From contig CM075990.1 in the NCBI GenBank assembly GCA_038087875.1, positions 4,714,001 to 4,778,000 on the forward strand: DNA of 64,000 nt, read 5' to 3'. This DNA comes from Malacoraja senta (taxonomy: Eukaryota). This document shows positions 57,001 through 64,000 of the stretch, in pieces. Under the pieces are notes generated by a model. It did no database searches, was not told where the DNA came from, and saw nothing but the letters and a program-made list of their open reading frames with translations. Position 1 is the stretch's first letter, and every line of letters begins with the position of its first letter. The position numbers and the translations under genes were made by a program.

Positions 57001-60000
57001 CATAAAAGGGTGAAGATTGCCTGCATTATTCAATCAGGCAGAAAGGTGCAGGTAAACATATCCTTGCATTTAACTGCATACAAAGTTGGCGAGGCTTTGA
57101 GCCCAGTACTTAGCTGGGGGCATGATCATAGCCGGAGCTCCCTACATTGGGAATTTTTGTATCCTTGACCTGAGTGCGATCAGGGGTAAATTTGTAGCCC
57201 TCAAAACACGGATTCACGGAGACACTGGAGTGGAGAGGGGTTCAGACCGATGCTTGCATCCCATTTGAGGAAGGACATTATTGCTATTGAGTGAGTGCAG
57301 CATAGGTTCACCAGGTTCATTCCCAGAATGGCGGGACTGACATATGATGAAAGAATGGGTCGACTGGGCTTGTATTCATTGGAATTTAGAAGGATGAGAG
57401 GTTATCTTATAGAAACATGTAAAATTCTTAAAGGATTGGACAGGCTAGATGCAGGAAAAATGTTCCCGCTGTTGGGGGAGTCCAGAACCAGGAGTCATGG
57501 TTTAAGAAGAATAGGTAGGCCATTTAGGACTGAGATGAAGAAAAACATTTTCACCCAGAGAGTTGTGAATCTGTGGAATTCTCTGCCACAGAAGGCAGTG
57601 GACGCAAATTCACTGGATATTTTCAAGAGAGTTATATTTAGCTCTTAGTGCTAAAGGAATCAAGCGATATGGGGGAAAAGCAGGAACTGATTTTAGCTGA
57701 TCAGCCATGATCATATCAAATGCCGGTGCTGGCTCGAAGGGCCGAATAGCCTACTCCTGCGCCTATTTTTCTATGTTTCTATGGGTGGGTTTGAGATCAT
57801 CCTCCTGCAACCTCCAGGTTGTAGGACAGTTTGTGGTCTTGCATATGACTGGCCTAGGTTATTATTTAGTGGAGTTACAGTTGACTAGAGGAAAGGGACA
57901 GTGGGGGCAAGAGGTTTCCAAGAACCCAGCATCCTACAAATAAATGAATTTGACTGTACCATATGCAAAGGTCAACATGACTGAGATACAGTGATCGATG
58001 TACAGAAGGTTCTATTTATGTTTAGTTATGCAGGATAATTCAATAATTCTCACTTTAGACTGTTTATCTTTGAAGCTTTGACTCTTGACTCAAACCATTG
58101 TCCATTCCAGAGGGAATGCAGTGGATACTGCTAATTGGCGTATTGTCCTTGGTAAACACAACCTGCATCATTCAGAACATAACCAGAAGGTTTATCGTGT
58201 GAAAAGAATTTACAGACATGAACGCTTCCGCTACCAGCTCCACAGTGAGATTGAGAATGACATTGCCATGGTCAGGTCAGCAGTGGACATTTCACAAAGC
58301 AGCTACATCCGATATGCTTGCATGCCCAAGAAGAACAGCCAATTGCTACCTGGTCAACAGTGTTGGACTACAGGTTGGGGTGCTACCAGAGGTAAGAGAA
58401 CAACTTAAGGAACCAGGATGAATGAGTGTCAACAAGATACAATTAATTTGCCTCAAGCATAACTTCAAATCTACAACAGGGAGAGGTGGGGTTGGGTCAC
58501 TTGTGTCATTGTGGTTTCCTGGAATTCGTCTGATGACCCAGTGAGTCAAAGAGAATATTCTTGGATTTTTTTTGTTCCTTGTTGTTCGAGGTTTATTTTT
58601 CCTTGTTTATTTGCTTCTTTCAGAGAATGGAGCAGCTGGTTCAGTGGGCAATGTACTAAAGCAACACTATATCACAGCACTGACCAAGTTTGTTGGGCCA
58701 CCTCATGTTTTACCTTTCCATTATTACCAGATAGCTATCAACTAAAGAGGTATAATCTGCTGCAAATCAACCGAGGTCATTCGAACGTTTCAAAAATATC
58801 CGGCACACATAATTTGATAATATTGCATCTTTCAAGATTCTATAACAAGATTCATTAAAGTAAAAATGTAAATTACAATTCAAAAGGAAAATTATCAAAA
58901 TACAAGGCCGTCCCTCCTCCCCACTGTGTGCTCAAATTATGGGTTGTACACTCATCGTGATGGGTAAAGCTTGGACAAAAATTATAACTTGGAGCCAATA
59001 CATTATGGCAAATGGTGAACAATGGAATTCCCATTTTCTTCTATCTTACCGGCAAAAATCCCTTGTCTTTTCATTTCGTGATTGTCGTAAAAATCTGTGG
59101 AAAAGTGAGGATTTAGAATATTCAACTTACTTATTAGGGGAAGCACAATAGACTATATATCCGATATCAGTAGATTGCTATTTTTCAGAGTAGAGAATTT
59201 CCATGTGGATGCAGACCATTTTGAGGATGTACCAAAAAGCAGGCTGACTTGGAATGGGCTATCTTGTGCAAAACTACAATCTCTTAGGCATTCTAGATAT
59301 GGCCATGACTGTTGGTCCGCAGGGCAGCACAAGATCTAGCAGCAAGCTCACTTTAGCTAGTCCCCTCCATATAATCTACACGATTTTTCATTTCCATATA
59401 TCTTTAAGAAGAAAAACACCACCCATATCCACTTCATCCTCTCCAGCACACACCAGCCTTCGCTATCATACTAACTCAGCTCATTCCAGTGTTTCAAGCA
59501 GTCTATGTTCAACACAATGTGTTAAAAAAACATACTTATCACCTCCCAAAATAATACTTTTGAATGGTTCATACCGGTGTATCAATCCAAAGGAATGTTT
59601 GTTTCTACATTTCAGACATGCATCATATTAACTGTGGACCACTCGGTCGTGCCAACGACATGCTGGGCACTGGGAATGTCACAAACCCATCATCTAGTTT
59701 GTAGGGATTTCTTCATTTCCCATTTTGGAGGTCTAGCGTTTACGTATTTGAAACAAAAAATATAAAATTCTAGAAATGCTTAGCTGGTCAGGCAGTATCT
59801 GGAGCTGGTGAGGCGGGGTTAACCTTTCAAGTCAAAGATCTTTAGCAAATCTTCACAGAACAATGTTTGTTTCAGGTACAGAAAAGTGATTAAAAAGGGA
59901 ATATGACGATGTGGATGATAAAGGAACCAGCAGAATCATACTGGTTATGGATTCTACGGATTAAGCTTTGTTGTTGTTGCAAAGACAGTACAAAGTTGCA

Positions 60001-63000
60001 TTTCAACAGTACTTTATTTGTCACATGTAACCAAGCTACAGTGACATTTATTTTTGTGTACAGTTCAGTACAGGTATCACCATATATAAGCACTTAGATA
60101 TATCTTTGATAAGTATCATGGATACAGTACAAGTATGTAGTGGTAGTGCATTAAGTATACAGGGTCGCCAGATTTGGCACCATTTTCAAGTCACAGTTGT
60201 TATAGGCGTAGAGACGTTAACCTGACCATGAAGGCCTGTTGTTATGGCGGCGTTACAGGGTCGGCCTGGCCAAGCATGGCCATTGATGTTCCTCACCGCA
60301 CTCTGCCGCTACAGGCCACATCCAGTCCACATGCTAGACCTCTTGGAGCAGTGCCTCATGGAGCTGAGCCCCAGGGGACTGCAGGGCCTCCAGCGGTCCA
60401 CTCCACTGTCAAGGCACTACACTGCCTCCCGCAGCCGGTCTGCTTTATATATCATCTTTTGGGCTGCAGGTCATCACAAAGTGCTTGACAGCAAATGAAA
60501 TATTTCTAAAGTGTAACCACGGCTGTAATGTAGGAAATGTGCCAGCCACTTTACGCAGTGTCCTCACACACAGGATTGTAATTGTAATGTGAGTTGATCC
60601 TCTATTATACTGACAATTGAAGGATATTTTGCAGGGTGGCTATGGAGAATCCCCTGCTCTTTTTCAAAGATTTTCCTCCTGAGAAGGAAGGAATAGCCTC
60701 AATATAGATTGTGCAGTAAGATACAGCACCCGACTATTGGCCTAGATTATATGTTGAAGGTCTGGAACATGAATCAAGTCAGATCCTTCTTCCTTCTGAA
60801 CAAGGCTAAATATTGATTTCAACATCAACGCCCCACGACATAAGAAAGCAAGCCTTTGCAGATAGCCCAGAAATTAGCAGTAGTGCGGTGATGAGCCAGT
60901 CAGGTCTGATTTGCTCCTTTCTTTTCAGGACAAAGGGAAAATGTCACTTTATCTGAAGTGCTAAACCAAGCCAGACTGCCAATCATTGAACATCAGACCT
61001 GCAAAATGAAGAAGTTCTGGGGGGATCGAGTACGTAACACAATGATTTGTGCTGGTTTTAAAGATACAGAAGGACCTCCTGCAGCTTGCCAGGTAATAGG
61101 AAGGAATCAGGTTGAAGCTTAACATCACCTATTCCCCTCATTGGTGCCCCCTTTGTCCTCTCTTATCCTTTTTAATAGACCAGACAGGCAAAGTTAATTT
61201 GAAGACACAAATTGCTGGAGTAAACTCTGCAGGTCAGGCAGCATCCCTGGAGAATATGGATAGGTAACGTTTGGAGTTGAGACTATTGTTCAATTCCTTG
61301 TTTCTACAGTTAATTTGAAGCTTAAAAAACGAAAGACAAAAATGTTTTTCAGAGATTTTTTCAATAGGTGTTCCTTCAGTCTCGCATCGAGCTCTGGGGC
61401 CATAGAAATCCCTAGTTAGCTCCCCTGTATGACTAGAGTCTACTGATTACCATCTGGGCAGTGTTGGAGAGTTCTCTTATTCTGCGATGATTTCTTCGGA
61501 TCAAGGATGACACCAGTTCTGCGCATTCTGGGGTGGTTGATAAGGTTAATTTGGGATCTGTACTCTGCTGCAGACAGGGCAGGAGATTAATGATGGGGTA
61601 GACACATGGACATTTTGGGAGATGTTGCATTCCTTCTGACTTTTACGCTGGGCTTCTGTGTGCTCCTGACAAATGGACTCAAGGTTCTCAATGGAATCTC
61701 TAATTCTCCATATCATCTTAAGCAGCCAAGCACCAGGGGTACCCGCTGGTTGGTGGACATGTTACATATTTACAAGAAACCATTGAGAATATCTTTGATT
61801 ATATTTCCCCAGTCACCTTGCAATCACTTTCTGTGACCAATTTCAGAATAGAGTGCTTGTTTTGGGAATCTGGTGATAAGCATCAGAACAACATGTCCTA
61901 TTCTCTAGAGGTGACTGAATGTAACCAGGGCATCAATGCTAGGGTTGTTAACCTAATAAAGGTTGCTAATTTTAGTTTGCTTATCCCACCAATGGATTTG
62001 GAAGATTATACAGAGACTTTGGTGGGTATCTCTCCAGTGCTCTGAGGTGTCTGTTATAGTCTGAGATGAACAAGTGGTGTGGATCACTGCTGCCCAGTAC
62101 ATCATGAGATTTGACTATGAAGTCTTGATCTTTCTGTGATGGAACACTGAAAGCAATGATGATTTTCAACATCAATGTCTACCTTTGTTAGTTTAGTTTA
62201 GAGATACAGCGCGGAGTTAAGAGTCCCATCAGGTCCGCATCGACCTGAGATCACCACACACTAACACTATCCTACACCCAGTAGGGACAATTTTTACATT
62301 TACCAAGCCAATTAACCTACAAACCTGTACGTCTTTGGAATGTGGGAGGAAACCAAAGATCTCGGAGAAAACCCACGCAGATCACGGGGAGAACGTACAA
62401 ATTCCTTACAGATAGCACCAATAGTCAGGATCGAACCCGGGTCTCCGGCGCTGCATTCGCTGTAAGGCACCAACTCTACCGCTGCGCTACTATGACTGCC
62501 AAAAGGTGACTCGCAAGATATAAGGAGCAGTCCGTGATTTACAGGGCCTTATCATGCATCTTTATTGTTAGAATGAAGTATTGTACAGCGGGGGCAGATT
62601 GGCAGAGGACCTTTAGAACATAGAACAGTGTAGTTCAGAAGCAGGACCTCCAGTGTCTGTGCACAGAGTATGTGCACAATGTCTGTGCCAAACATGATGC
62701 TAAGGCCAACTCTTATCTACCTGCACAGAGAACATAGAACAGGGCCTTCAGCCTACAAGGTTCACTCTATATGATGAAGGGCTACTAGGATTCACTGTGT
62801 ATGATTGTATTGTTCTGGGATTCACCGCACTGTGTCTTGTGTTTCAGGGGGACTCTGGTGGCCCACTTCTCTGTCAGCATGGCTCGGATAAGTGGGAGGT
62901 TCACGGTGTGGTCAGCTTTGGGCCCACTGGCTGCATTGTTGAAAATAAGCCCAGTGTATTTACCAGAACCACTGCCTACTTCCCCTGGATTGAGAAAACA

Positions 63001-63027
63001 AGGATATGGGATTACTTCTTAGACTGA
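53982..63027 (+). CDS. Chymotrypsin-like elastase family serine protease, copy 2; join(53982..54078,55549..55658,56863..56957,58111..58391,60929..61092,62848..63027), 308 aa
   Basis: Same exon lengths, splice sites and translation as copy 1; only synonymous differences seen. Confidence 0.9.
55549..55658 (+). CDS. Protease copy 2 exon 2
   Basis: Equivalent to 2854-2963. Confidence 0.92.
56863..56957 (+). CDS. Protease copy 2 exon 3
   Basis: Equivalent to 4171-4265 (TAAHC). Confidence 0.92.
58111..58391 (+). CDS. Protease copy 2 exon 4
   Basis: Equivalent to 5364-5644. Confidence 0.92.
60929..61092 (+). CDS. Protease copy 2 exon 5
   Basis: Equivalent to 8182-8345. Confidence 0.92.
62848..63027 (+). 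CDS. Protease copy 2 exon 6
   Basis: Equivalent to 10103-10282 (GDSGGP, stop). Confidence 0.92.
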   Translation, partial: GDSGGPLLCQHGSDKWEVHGVVSFGPTGCIVENKPSVFTRTTAYFPWIEKTRIWDYFLD

Positions 63028-64000
63028 AGATAAGGCTAAAGATACCTCCGTTCTCAATTCAACTTTATTCAGAATAAAAAGAACTGTTTTACATAAAAAT
63101 AAAAGCTTTTGAAGGAAACATGGCTGTCTTTGAATGTAGTGAGCTGTGGGTGTATATTGAAAGCTTGAAGGAAGGGTGAATGTACGTCAAGGGAAAGAAC
63201 GACATTGATGGATCAAAACACTTTACAACCAAATAAGTGTTCAGAAATAGTCACATTTGTAATATTCGAAAGTTAACCAAAGGGACAAAGAATCAGTTGG
63301 TTGCAATTAATTTGGAGAATCTCAAACCAGCTCTTAATATTTGCAAACCAGTCGTCATAAAATTAGACTCTACCTCACACATGATCCAATTTGGATCTAA
63401 TGCAAATATGATACAACACACATAACAAATTGTAAGAGAAGCCATCTATGTTTGGTGATAAAATGGTTTGTTATTAATGGCCACTAATAACGTTGCACTC
63501 ATTTTATGTTGCTTTATGCAGCAAATCTTTTTGCAGCAAATGCAAAGTTTTGTGTTAGGACCTCCAGAAATTATTAAAATCAGTCTTGTAGCCACAAGAT
63601 ACTCCAACTAACAATGTAGGGATCGTCGTATGATGTTAATCCATCGGCATTCATTGCAATACAACCTTCCCAGTTACCACATTGCACACATGAGCTGTAA
63701 AGTCGCCATTTTGAGTGATACTTAAAGGCAGCCTGCAATTCCTAAATAGGTGGTGCAGTGCGGCTGCAATAAATGGTGAAAAGCTGCAATAAATTGGGAA
63801 GTGAATTTGTGCTGAGATACTGAACAGTGATTGAACTCGCAAGTGTTCACTGATAGTGCATTGGGTGCATTAGTTGCAAAAATTTGGAAGATGAGGGAAC
63901 TTTTGTATCCACAGCAAGACAGACGTACAACCAAACAGCATTAGAAATAGGTACCAGTGGAGCTCATTGGTGGTAATGTATCTGCAAGTAACGGAATTCT

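Larger units (their letters stand above)
52705..64000 (+). repeat. Direct near-identical copy of positions 1-11255 (segmental duplication or uncollapsed haplotype)
   Basis: tctactgtccttcggcccac at 1 and 52705; gtaacggaattct at 11255 and 64000. Colinear throughout, offset 52692-52747, scattered SNPs and indels. Confidence 0.98.

Overview
Eukaryotic genomic DNA, almost certainly from a cartilaginous fish (skate/ray), judged from HE1/V-SINE, CR1 and Penelope repeat families. It contains four gene units on the + strand. (1) A complete 6-exon chymotrypsin/elastase-like serine protease gene (1281-10282, 308 aa, intact His/Asp/Ser triad). (2) TIMM23 exons 1-4 behind a CpG-island promoter (16999-26186); the rest of the gene is missing, apparently cut off by a 200-N assembly gap at 32284-32483. 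(3) The single coding exon of GPRIN2 (40190-41983, 597 aa). (4) A second copy of the protease gene (53982-63027) encoding an apparently identical protein. Positions 1-11255 recur at 52705-64000 with only scattered SNPs and indels; this is either a very recent segmental duplication or, more likely, an uncollapsed second haplotype joined across the gap. Non-coding DNA is dense with repeats: SINEs, CR1, L1, Tx1 and Rex/Babar LINE fragments, several non-autonomous DNA transposons, and long inverted repeats. The most abundant repeat is the 3' end of a Penelope-like element. It carries a minimal type I hammerhead ribozyme motif, intact in at least five copies. No prokaryotic-type systems (CRISPR, operons) are present. 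All alignments and counts were made by eye.
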